DNA of 57,562 nucleotides from a virus (IMGVR_UViG_3300020021_000179:1-57562), one strand, 5' to 3'; numbered from the stretch's first letter, positions 48,048 to 56,713 are shown. Numbers and translations are program-made. The notes: generated from the letters alone by a model not told the origin.

Positions 48048-49653
48048 ATGGTTCTTCATATTATTTCTTGTCGGATGTTCAACGCACGTTCCACCGATCA
48101 TCTACGGGCCTACTCCGGTTTCACCGGTTCCCACGCCCATGCCTGTAATAATTGACACGACAGCTTCGGCGATTGACACGACTCAGTTTGCATTCAACGG
48201 AGAGATCAGTGTAAAATATTTCGGTGCAAAAGGTGACGGCATAAGCGATGATTATATACCTATTCAAAACGCATGTAATTATTGTATCGTTCATCCATGG
48301 GTATGCTCGACCGTTGGTATTCCAATTGGCCATTACCGTTCTTCTCAATCAATTAAACTCAGCAATCATGGAAAATTCTTTACGGTCAGACTACAGGGGG
48401 ATGTATCAAACAAATCGGCAAGCGATCCTTACCTGTCGCAGATTACTTTCGACAATATAGCTGGGTACTGCATTGGCATCCAACTTGGCCGAAGTATCGA
48501 AATCGAAAATCTTACCCTTATTGGAAAATACGGATTCCCAAATACGGTTAACAATCAAAACATTGGAACTCTTAAATTCTCAGATTGGGCTGATGGATCA
48601 GTTGTCGATTCGAGATATGCACCGTACGCCGGAATCAGTATCGACCCAGAAGCAAATGCCAGCGGGTCGCGTGGCGGGACATCAGACGTTACAATAAAGA
48701 ACTGCGCGATCAAACAATTTATGGTGGGCATTTGCCTTACACCAAATGCATCTACGCTTAACGATGAAATAGCAAACATTCTGGAAGATGATATTGAAGC
48801 CTGCCGGGTGGCAATAGCGATAGGTCAGGATCAATCGAAAACAATAAATATAAAAGGCCTGAAAGTCTGGGCCTCCGTTCACACGATCATTGACGGGATA
48901 AGTTATGGCCGAGGCACCGGTGGCGGATCGTTGTTTTGCGAAAACTGGAATGTTGCCGGAAATGTGAATGAGCTCTTTAATCTCAGCACAACTACTTTTC
49001 CGCTTTCCTGTAAGGATATTTATTCTGAAAGTCTTTTCCGTTTTGGATATGTCGGTAACGGTGCGGGAACAAACTGCTTGAACTGCCAGATTGATTTTCT
49101 TTCCGGACCTGGTTGGCCTGCTCCAGATTATCTGATCGCCGGGCAGATCAATTTCAGCGGTGGAATGCTCAGATATTACGACAACAGCCAGACTCACCGC
49201 ATGAACCTTTCGAATGTAAGCGGGGCTTTCCGGGATATGACCATGAACGTGCAGCCGTTAGTCATTGGCCTTTACGGCTCACCGAACCCACAACCCACAT
49301 TCGATAATGTCCATAATTACTACGGAAACGGTTTTATTAACCCACACGATACCTTAATTTATTTCCACACGACGCCAACGCTCATCATAGACCGCATTAA
49401 TTGGATCGGTAGCGTGGTTGTGCCAGACCTGGTTGCAAAACAGTCTGCGATCGGGGATTATATCATTGCGCAACCAGCCAGCTGGGGAAGGGGCGCGTAC
49501 GACCCTTATCTGAACGCTCAGAATTTGAATACCATTCAGATCGGACGCATCACATCAATTTCAGGCGACACTTTAAAACTTGACGATATAGGCATTAACA
49601 CATATTCAGGATCTGGATACGATTTAATGTTCTTGGGTAAGATTGTTCACTAA
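48040..49653 (+). CDS. lipoprotein with Pectate_lyase_3-type beta-helix domain
   Basis: MHKWFFILFLVG-C; Pro-rich tether; SVKYFGAKGDGISDDYIPIQNA. Confidence 0.75.
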   Translation: MHKWFFILFLVGCSTHVPPIIYGPTPVSPVPTPMPVIIDTTASAIDTTQFAFNGEISVKYFGAKGDGISDDYIPIQNACNYCIVHPWVCSTVGIPIGHYRSSQSIKLSNHGKFFTVRLQGDVSNKSASDPYLSQITFDNIAGYCIGIQLGRSIEIENLTLIGKYGFPNTVNNQNIGTLKFSDWADGSVVDSRYAPYAGISIDPEANASGSRGGTSDVTIKNCAIKQFMVGICLTPNASTLNDEIANILEDDIEACRVAIAIGQDQSKTINIKGLKVWASVHTIIDGISYGRGTGGGSLFCENWNVAGNVNELFNLSTTTFPLSCKDIYSESLFRFGYVGNGAGTNCLNCQIDFLSGPGWPAPDYLIAGQINFSGGMLRYYDNSQTHRMNLSNVSGAFRDMTMNVQPLVIGLYGSPNPQPTFDNVHNYYGNGFINPHDTLIYFHTTPTLIIDRINWIGSVVVPDLVAKQSAIGDYIIAQPASWGRGAYDPYLNAQNLNTIQIGRITSISGDTLKLDDIGINTYSGSGYDLMFLGKIVH

Positions 49654-49663
49654 AAACTGATTC

Positions 49664-50737
49664 ATGGCATGGTCAAAGGAAGAAAGGAAGATATACGATC
49701 AGAAGAAATATCAGGAAACGCTTGGAAAAGAAGGCGGATATATTAAGAAGGGGTATGAAGGCAGGAAGAAAAATCCTGGACTTGCCAAGGAATGCGACGA
49801 TGTAGGAATTGATTTTGAAAATGTAAATCATTTTTGGTATACGGGGAAGCATTACAGTATTCATGTTGCGGGACAGAAACAAAAAACATACGATGAAGTT
49901 AAGGACGAGATTATTCAGCAGATGCAGGAATACGCGCCCAAATACCCGAAGATCCATTACACCAAACACAAAGACGGCCATTTGTTTGTTGTTGATCCAG
50001 CCGATATCCATGTTGGTAAAATCGCAAGTTCTTTTGAGACAGGAGAGGAATATAATTCGCAGATAGCGGTAAAAAGAGTAAAGGAAGGGATAGATGGATT
50101 AATAAGCAAAGCGGCGGGATGGAATATTGATGAAATCCTTTTGATAATCGGAAATGATATTCTTCATGTAGACAATCCTAAAAATACAACAACCGGTGGA
50201 ACAAATCAGGATGTGTGTGATATGTGGTATAATAATTTTACGATAGGGAAACAAATTTACATTGACGCTATTGAAAGGCTTATACAAATTGCGCCTGTTA
50301 CCGTTCAGTATGATCCGAGTAATCATGATTATGCAAGCGGATTTTTCTTGGCAGATACGATAAGCAGCTGGTTTAAAAACTGTAAAAATATTGAATTTAA
50401 TGTTAGTCCGGCACATAGAAAATATCACAGGTATGGTAAAAATATAATCGGTACGACACATGGCGATGGCGCGAAACAAAAAGATTTGCCTTTGCTGATG
50501 ACGCATGAAGCCTCCGAATTTTGGCATGAATGCAAGCACAGATATTTTTATACACATGACAAGCATCACAAAATCAGCGAGGACATTATGAGTGTATGCG
50601 TTGAAACACTGAGAAGCCCGAGCGGAACGGATAGCTGGCATCATCGTAACGGATATCAGTATTCACCGAAAGCAATAGAGGGATTTATTCATCATCCAGA
50701 ACACGGACAGATAGCGCGGTTAACACATCTATTTTAA
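49664..50737 (+). CDS. calcineurin-like metallophosphoesterase
   Basis: DIHVGK, GNDILHVD, SNHD, THGD, HDKHH. Confidence 0.85.
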   Translation: MAWSKEERKIYDQKKYQETLGKEGGYIKKGYEGRKKNPGLAKECDDVGIDFENVNHFWYTGKHYSIHVAGQKQKTYDEVKDEIIQQMQEYAPKYPKIHYTKHKDGHLFVVDPADIHVGKIASSFETGEEYNSQIAVKRVKEGIDGLISKAAGWNIDEILLIIGNDILHVDNPKNTTTGGTNQDVCDMWYNNFTIGKQIYIDAIERLIQIAPVTVQYDPSNHDYASGFFLADTISSWFKNCKNIEFNVSPAHRKYHRYGKNIIGTTHGDGAKQKDLPLLMTHEASEFWHECKHRYFYTHDKHHKISEDIMSVCVETLRSPSGTDSWHHRNGYQYSPKAIEGFIHHPEHGQIARLTHLF

Positions 50738-50747
50738 AAAACGAAAC

Positions 50748-51065
50748 ATGAACAGGGAATTACAACAGAAATTTTTCAGTGACTTTACGACAAAAATGGC
50801 AGAACTCATCTTTAAAAAAGGAGACGACTACGCGACAGAAGCTGACCGATTGATCAATTTTAAGCGATCATCTTTTATTCTTGGCGAGAAACCGGAGAAA
50901 GCGGCTCTCCATCAGATCGCCAATAAGATTGCCCGGCTTTCTGAACTACTTGGCGGCAAGATTCCGAAGAATGAATCCATCGAAGATTCCCTTTTGGACT
51001 GCGCCAATTATGTGATTTTACTTGCCATGATTGTTCAAGACTCAAAACCATCCATCGCCGTATGA
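50748..51065 (+). CDS. DUF1599 (nucleotide-modification-associated, MazG-like) protein
   Basis: KKGDDY, NF, KIARL, ESIEDSLLDCANY. Confidence 0.75.
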   Translation: MNRELQQKFFSDFTTKMAELIFKKGDDYATEADRLINFKRSSFILGEKPEKAALHQIANKIARLSELLGGKIPKNESIEDSLLDCANYVILLAMIVQDSKPSIAV

Positions 51066-51274
51066 CAAATGAAGATCAGTTAAAAGCACTTCAGTATTTA
51101 AAAAAGAAATTCAAGACAAAGACAGCCTGCGAACTGAATATAGTGGTTGAAAAACTGGCAATGATAATCCGAAAGGAATCGCAAAAAGAAGGAAAGGCAT
51201 ATAGTAGTTATAAATCGCAGTTTTCGGCAGACATACCCTTTGAAGCAGAAAGACTTTTAAATAAGGACGAATGA
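51062..51274 (+). CDS. hypothetical protein
   Basis: Coupled ORF. Confidence 0.5.
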   Translation: MTNEDQLKALQYLKKKFKTKTACELNIVVEKLAMIIRKESQKEGKAYSSYKSQFSADIPFEAERLLNKDE

Positions 51275-51525
51275 CGGAAGAAAGACCCAACCCCGATGTA
51301 GTTCACAGGAAACTAGGAAAGCACAAAGCTGACGGGCTGGCTTGGGTGGATGAAAACATTATTGAAATAGATAGTAGAATAACAGGGTTTAGGCAACTGG
51401 AAGCCGTCGTTCATGAAATGATGCACATCCTAAATCCGAAATGGGGTGAAATAAAAATTGACGGCCATGCCAAACGGATGGCAAAAATATTATGGGATCA
51501 AAACTATAGGAGGGTAATGCTATGA
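51271..51525 (+). CDS. minimal zincin-like HExxH protein
   Basis: GLAW, IEID, VVHEMMH. Confidence 0.6.
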   Translation: MTEERPNPDVVHRKLGKHKADGLAWVDENIIEIDSRITGFRQLEAVVHEMMHILNPKWGEIKIDGHAKRMAKILWDQNYRRVML

Positions 51526-51986
51526 CACCAATCACAAAATCAGCTTTAGATATCGCTATATCTCAAGTCGGACAAACCGAAAGCCCGCTAGGGAGCAATT
51601 GGGGTCATCCCGTGCAGGATTATCTGGCGACTGTTGGACTTCATTTCCCGGCTAGTTGGTGCATGGCGTTTCTGTATTGGTGTTTTGACAAAGCCGCATT
51701 GAAATTAAATACTGTCAGCCCACTGGATAGAACCGGTGGCGTACACCTTCAATGGAATGCGCGAAAAGAAAACCAGATTTATTCCGGGCCACAGGTCGGA
51801 GATATTTTCATCATGGATCTTGGGCATCAATTGGGACATACAGGAATCATCGAATCACTCAATCCTGACAATAGTTTAAACACTATAGAAGGGAATACAA
51901 ATCATGATGGATCTAGAAATGGCGTTGATGTAGAGAAAAAAAGAAGACAACAGGGGAAACCAATTATCGGATATCTGCGCTTTTAA
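51522..51986 (+). CDS. endolysin, CHAP domain
   Basis: AISQVG, SNWG, WCMAF (Cys), GHTGII (His), TIEGNTN. Confidence 0.9.
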   Translation: MTPITKSALDIAISQVGQTESPLGSNWGHPVQDYLATVGLHFPASWCMAFLYWCFDKAALKLNTVSPLDRTGGVHLQWNARKENQIYSGPQVGDIFIMDLGHQLGHTGIIESLNPDNSLNTIEGNTNHDGSRNGVDVEKKRRQQGKPIIGYLRF

Positions 51987-51988
51987 AT

Positions 51989-52744
51989 ATGGGAACCGTG
52001 AAGATTTATTACTGGAAAGAGAAAAAGAATTTTGGAGACTTGCTTGGGGGGTTGTTACTGAAAAGATTCACACGCCTGGAATCGCAATGGTCAACAGCAA
52101 AGGAAGCCGATATAGTTATTGTCGGCTCTGTGTTGGAGCATTTACCAGCGGATTGGAAAGGTGTAATCGCGGGCGCCGGAAAGCTGCATGAAAAATCAAA
52201 ACTCGGTTTCCCTAATGCTAAAATCTTAGCACTACGCGGGCCATTGACAGCAAGGGGATTTAAAGGCAGCTTTGCACTGGCTGATCCGGGATTACTGGCC
52301 GACGAACTGGTACCAATTGAAGAAAAGGAATTTGATTTAGGAATAGTTCCGCACTGGACAGATACAACGCTGGAAAAAAATCCAGTATTTAAACAGTTTA
52401 ATCCAAAGATTATTCGGGTATCGGACGACCCCTTAAAAGTGATCAGCGAAATCGGAAGGTGTAAAAAGATAGTCAGTTCATCCCTTCATGGGATCATTCT
52501 GGCCGATGCTTTCGGCATACCACGCCGGATTGAAATTCCACCACGGTCACTCAGTCACCCGAATCAGGAAGGCGGTTTGTTCAAATGGCAGGATTATAGT
52601 TCAAGCCTTGGCGTAAAACTGGTAATCGGAACAACACAATTAATTAACCGGAATAAAATAATAGAACTTCAGCATGAGTTATTCGACGTTTTCGAGGAAG
52701 TGGCGGCGATTTTTAATCACCATAGGATTAATTCACAGGCCTAA
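51989..52744 (+). CDS. polysaccharide pyruvyl transferase (ExoV-like)
   Basis: NFGDLL, VGSVL, LRGPLT, DPGLL, GIVPH, SSSLHGIILADAFGIP. Confidence 0.88.
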   Translation: MGTVKIYYWKEKKNFGDLLGGLLLKRFTRLESQWSTAKEADIVIVGSVLEHLPADWKGVIAGAGKLHEKSKLGFPNAKILALRGPLTARGFKGSFALADPGLLADELVPIEEKEFDLGIVPHWTDTTLEKNPVFKQFNPKIIRVSDDPLKVISEIGRCKKIVSSSLHGIILADAFGIPRRIEIPPRSLSHPNQEGGLFKWQDYSSSLGVKLVIGTTQLINRNKIIELQHELFDVFEEVAAIFNHHRINSQA

Positions 52745-53501
52745 GATTAGTTTATTGATTCCGTTTTCGTCCACTGACCATATCAGAAGGAGGAACTTTA
52801 AATGGTTATTGGAATATTGGAGAAGCGAACTGCCACACGCTGAAATTATCATCGGTAAATCGCGCAGTAAAGTATTCTGCAAGGGAGAAGCACTGAATCA
52901 TTGCCTGAACAAGTCCAACGGAAAGGTGCTGGTTGTGCTGGATGCAGATGCTTATATGCCGGGCCACATCATTAACCGGTGCGCCAATAGAATACTGGAA
53001 GAACTTGATCACGGATTATGGTATGTTCCTTACCGGCATTTGTACCGACTGACGCAGGAAATAACGGATCTTGTTATCCATTCAAACCCGGAATATCCAT
53101 TTAGAATACCCGTTCCACCACCGGATTGCTGGATAGAAAATCAGGGGGATATATCAAAATATGGAAGCCGCTACGGGGCTATGATAACCATATTCCCGCG
53201 CGAAGCGATCAGGACGATCAAATGTTTCGACGAACGATTTAAGGGTTGGGGTGGTGAAGATATTGCTTTGCTCCGGGCGCTGGATACTCTGTATGGAAAA
53301 CACAAGACGACACGCAATGCGGTCTTTCACTTGTGGCATCCCTTCCACGGGGATACGTACAGGACAAGGGTTTGGGATAGCCAGAAATATCCCGGTAATA
53401 ACAGCCAGCTGGCGAATAAATATAATTCAGCTACGAGGAACCTGAAGAAAATGAATGAGATCATAAGAGAGAGCCACGACTACTATAAGAAGAATAACTA
53501 A
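52674..53501 (+). CDS. GT-A glycosyltransferase (GT2/GT7 galactosyltransferase-like)
   Basis: ISLLIPF, RRRN, KGEALN, DAD motif, FDERFKGWGGED, HLWHP. Confidence 0.88.
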   Translation: MSYSTFSRKWRRFLITIGLIHRPKISLLIPFSSTDHIRRRNFKWLLEYWRSELPHAEIIIGKSRSKVFCKGEALNHCLNKSNGKVLVVLDADAYMPGHIINRCANRILEELDHGLWYVPYRHLYRLTQEITDLVIHSNPEYPFRIPVPPPDCWIENQGDISKYGSRYGAMITIFPREAIRTIKCFDERFKGWGGEDIALLRALDTLYGKHKTTRNAVFHLWHPFHGDTYRTRVWDSQKYPGNNSQLANKYNSATRNLKKMNEIIRESHDYYKKNN

Positions 53502-53524
53502 GTTTTCATGTTCAGTTGTTTTGT

Positions 53525-53559
53525 GCCCCTCGTATGTCTATACAGGGGCTTTGTATTTT
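53525..53559 (+). terminator. intrinsic terminator ending the long + strand run
   Basis: GCCCCT/AGGGGC stem then TTTGTATTTT, at a strand-convergence point. Confidence 0.65.
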
Positions 53560-53616
53560 CATACGAATATCCCTTAAATAAGTATTTTAATACGAATGTT
53601 CGTCATCCAGCGGGAA

Positions 53617-53913
53617 TTAGGCTCGGCGCGCTTTTGGGCCGCGTTTATGTATTAGAATATCAGCATCCTGCAGCTTTCTTCCGAGGATATCATCTGCTCC
53701 AAGCTTTTCAATATCTTGAACAAGGCCTAAAACAAATAATATTTGTACCAAACTTGACACCCTAACATTCCCTTTTCCGCTTTCTATTAACCACAGGGTT
53801 GTTCTTCCAATCCCACTTCTTTCACAGACCTGATCGGTTGTAAGTTTTCTTCTCAGACGCGCGAGTTTAATATTTTCCCCCATAACAGATATAGCCTTAT
53901 CTGCGTTTGGCAA
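53617..53913 (-). CDS. XRE HTH, HipB-type antitoxin-like (orphan)
   Basis: MGENIKLARLRRKL, IGRTTLWLIESG, QILFVLGL, DDILGRKLQDA; no HipA gene adjacent. Confidence 0.75.
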   Translation of the reverse strand: MPNADKAISVMGENIKLARLRRKLTTDQVCERSGIGRTTLWLIESGKGNVRVSSLVQILFVLGLVQDIEKLGADDILGRKLQDADILIHKRGPKARRA

Positions 53914-54054
53914 TAATGCAATTCGCTTGTATTTAATTGAAATAGTTGATGTGGGTTTAGTTAATTCTATTTTTGCCCACTCGATAATTTCTGGATGAGG
54001 GTAAAACCATTCTCCATAAATAGAGTGTTTACTGAATCTTTGATGTTCCGATGT
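53914..54054 (-). pseudogene. C-terminal remnant of a T5orf172/MUG113 (GIY-YIG-like) domain in frame with the HTH
   Basis: EHQRFSKHSIYGEWFYPHPEIIEW in frame; TGA at 54057-54055; no ATG upstream of the motif. Confidence 0.55.
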
Positions 54055-54058
54055 TCAG

Positions 54059-54268
54059 GGTAGTCGATGTAGTCAATTTAAAAAGTGCAGAACAAAACTA
54101 AACTACCATCGAAATGCTTACTGAGACAGGGTTTCATTCTTATGGTAGTCAAAGTAGATGATTATTTATAAAAAGATAGTTGAAAATAAATAGTAGAATA
54201 ATAAACGAAAACGGTGTAAAAATGTATTCGCATAAACTTTTGCAAAAAAATCGTCTACATCGACTACC
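54059..54268. repeat. perfect 14-bp inverted repeat GGTAGTCGATGTAG / CTACATCGACTACC
   Basis: Arms at 54059-54072 and 54255-54268; internal related copies at 54102-54109 and 54142-54157. Confidence 0.85.
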
Positions 54269-54637
54269 TATAGTATTTAAGAGCATGAGAAGCAATTATT
54301 TAACCACGTAGATGAAATATTATAATGCAGGCAAAAATTAAAATACGGGAGATCAGATCGGCTACCATTATAGCCATTCCGGCGGAATTCATCACCGGCA
54401 AGGAATTTAAGAATCGCGAACTATACCCGATGGGGTGTAAATGGTGTAAAATACTTGACATTATACCCGTTCGGGTATCGCATCAAATCAGATATATATT
54501 ACCGATTATATCCTAATCTCCAAATTTTAGGACAATTTAGGAGTCATTAGGAATTATATTACTGATATTATATGCAATTCAACCTATGAGCTGAATTAAT
54601 TGAGAAATATTCAATCTTGAGGCTGCAAATTGAAACC

Positions 54638-54994
54638 TCAATAAGCGAGTGTCATCATTTGACTGAACTGCGCAGACGTGCCGATATATTCGATTTGGTA
54701 TTGCATGGGGCTGGCATCGCTATAATGGGGGCATTCGACAATCTGCGAACCGTCTTTAACTACCACATCATATTTATAGTTCAGGCTTGTATTATCGGTT
54801 TTGTAGATGACCAGTTTAACCTGGTTGTAGGATGCCGACTTTACAATATTAACCTTAACATCCATGACCCCATTGGCAACCGTAGCACTCACGACAGTAA
54901 CGGAAGGTTGTTGCGCCGGCGGCGGGGTTGTTGGTTGGTCGTTGCTTTTGGAGCAGGCGACCAGAAGCATCAGAGGTATTATTATCTTTTTCAT
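54638..54994 (-). CDS. lipoprotein (moron/immunity region)
   Basis: MKKIIIPLMLLVA-CSKS, Pro-rich tether, small beta domain. Confidence 0.75.
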   Translation of the reverse strand: MKKIIIPLMLLVACSKSNDQPTTPPPAQQPSVTVVSATVANGVMDVKVNIVKSASYNQVKLVIYKTDNTSLNYKYDVVVKDGSQIVECPHYSDASPMQYQIEYIGTSAQFSQMMTLAY

Positions 54995-55089
54995 ATCCTA
55001 AAAGTATAACAGAAATAATAAATCTGCAAGTCACCCGTTTATCTAAGGGTAAACACTTAGTCTAATTTGCATGAATTTTTAATCAAATT

Positions 55090-55386
55090 TCATGCACTTT
55101 TCTTCTTCTTTACGATGATTGAAGGCTCATCTTCAACCCGATCCATAAAGGGCGTTAACTTATGGATAACAATCTTGAGTGCCTGGATCTCCTTGTTGAA
55201 CCGGGCCTCGACGGCCCGCTGTCGGGTCTGGTTGAGTTTATGTCGGACGGAATCTTCCCACCATTTAAACTGTCGTAGTTCTTCATTAAGAATGATCTGC
55301 AACCGTTCACGGACGGCCTTCTTCGTTCCTTCGTTCAATAATTTGGATAGCATTAGTTTCTGCAATTGAGAATAGGCGAGCTTCAT
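55090..55386 (-). CDS. hypothetical protein
   Basis: ATG at 55386 (MKLAYSQ) preferred over GTG at 55509. Confidence 0.5.
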   Translation of the reverse strand: MKLAYSQLQKLMLSKLLNEGTKKAVRERLQIILNEELRQFKWWEDSVRHKLNQTRQRAVEARFNKEIQALKIVIHKLTPFMDRVEDEPSIIVKKKKSA

Positions 55387-55540
55387 AATCGTGGTTTGTA
55401 AAGGATTGGATAATAAAGGCCTAACGCTCACATTAACAAAACGTATATACGAAGTGGGAAAAAATCCCGCGCTTACTGTTTTCTCATAATTTATATTAAG
55501 GTTAAACACATAAACGAAGGATTTTCAAGGGGTACGGTTA

Positions 55541-55945
55541 TCAGGTTTTACCCGATAGCATGGCCTTCAATTCCTTGACTTCTTTTCTTATTTCAAGAAG
55601 CATTTCAGAATGAAGCTCTACGGTCTTTACCAAACTACTCTGGGGCTGATCTTCTTCCGGCTTGGCAATCTTCATGTGCTTGTCGGTAAGGGTATAGGAA
55701 TGGCTGATCATACTGGTGGCATGATCTTGACGGGGAATAGACTCAACATATTTTTTGACTTCTTCCTGGAATTCGGGTGAAAGTTTCTCCCTTCCGTTCA
55801 TTACGCGGGAAACGTAGGTGCGGTCGTACTTGATATTATCGGCAAATTCACCCCATGTAAGCACTACACGCGCATCCTTCAATTGACGGAATGCGGTCTT
55901 AATGCCATTAATGTCATATTTCTTCACGGTAACAAGTGCTTCCAT
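55541..55945 (-). CDS. CI-like repressor (HTH, no S24 peptidase domain)
   Basis: TWGEFADNIKYDRTYVSRVMNGREKLS; divergent from the cro-like gene; C-terminal coiled coil. Confidence 0.7.
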   Translation of the reverse strand: MEALVTVKKYDINGIKTAFRQLKDARVVLTWGEFADNIKYDRTYVSRVMNGREKLSPEFQEEVKKYVESIPRQDHATSMISHSYTLTDKHMKIAKPEEDQPQSSLVKTVELHSEMLLEIRKEVKELKAMLSGKT

Positions 55946-55994
55946 TGAATTTTATTCAATAAATCCAGTCAATTATTAAATCCAAACGAAATCT

Positions 55995-56047
55995 TTACAT
56001 TTGTAACAAATAAATTTGGTAATGTAACAAACCTTGTTGTATATTTA
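55995..56047 (+). promoter_or_regulatory. divergent control region: operators plus Bacteroidota-type promoter
   Basis: Palindrome TTACA-TT-TGTAA 55995-56006; TGTAACAAA at 56002 and 56023 (21 bp apart); TTTG 56015, N21, TATATTTA 56040 (one mismatch to TAnnTTTG). Confidence 0.55.
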
Positions 56048-56076
56048 CATTATCGAATTAAATGTACAATTAAACA

Positions 56077-56322
56077 ATGGAAACTACAAAAAATGAAATT
56101 CTTCGTGAAAAAGAATATCTGACACGGGCAGAGATCAACAACTTGAAAAAACAGGTATTGGGTTACGGCAATTTCAAAAGGACGGCACTGAGGCTAGAAA
56201 TGCCAGCCACCACGCTTCGGGATGTTTTAAACAAGGAATATGGAGAACCGGTGACAATAGAAAAGATCAGAAAGGCATTTAATGCCGATCAGGCCGCAAA
56301 CGTACTAAGTGAAAACCATTAG
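56077..56322 (+). CDS. Cro-like HTH protein
   Basis: FKRTALRLEMPATTLRDVL; first gene of the divergent + operon. Confidence 0.6.
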   Translation: METTKNEILREKEYLTRAEINNLKKQVLGYGNFKRTALRLEMPATTLRDVLNKEYGEPVTIEKIRKAFNADQAANVLSENH

Positions 56323-56403
56323 ACAAAGCGTGAAAGTACTCATTAAATAAAAACGCCGCCGGGTATAGAAGACCCAAACGGCGTAAAAAAACCAAAAATT
56401 CCG

Positions 56404-56694
56404 ATGACACAGATTGCAAAAGCCATACCGTCAGTAGAAAAGTGGATTAAAGAACAGATCCCCACGCCTTCGGACTTGGCTATGGATGCTTTCCGGAAGC
56501 AGTTTAAAATGATCTGCAATTGCCATGTATCCCTCGATGGGAAAAGAATGACCTACACCTTCCCGCTCCTGCAACATCTTGGGGAAGAACTTATCCGGGC
56601 ACATAAAATCATTCAGGACAACAGGCTGCCCCTTCTGGCCTCCGGGTACTCTCATTATACTTCACACATACTTTCTATAAAATTCTATCTATAA
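56404..56694 (+). CDS. hypothetical protein
   Basis: 96-aa ORF with A-rich leader. Confidence 0.5.
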   Translation: MTQIAKAIPSVEKWIKEQIPTPSDLAMDAFRKQFKMICNCHVSLDGKRMTYTFPLLQHLGEELIRAHKIIQDNRLPLLASGYSHYTSHILSIKFYL

Positions 56695-56713
56695 CCGCTT
56701 TAAAACCAAAACC

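Noticed and set aside
38791-49653. Diversity-generating retroelement targeting the fibres
   Set aside because: No reverse transcriptase and no TR/VR pair with adenine-specific mismatches noticed.
54059-54268. MITE/IS inserted into the T5orf172-HTH gene
   Set aside because: No target-site duplication seen, no transposase, and the missing 5' gene half was not evident just beyond the right repeat.
53508-55369. + strand ORFs 53508, 54325, 54617, 55067
   Set aside because: They overlap a terminator, the repeat region or better minus-strand genes, and lack motifs.
53501-56404. tRNA or tRNA-derived attP core in the intergenic gaps
   Set aside because: No T-arm/cloverleaf pattern seen by eye; tRNAscan-SE/ARAGORN would be decisive.
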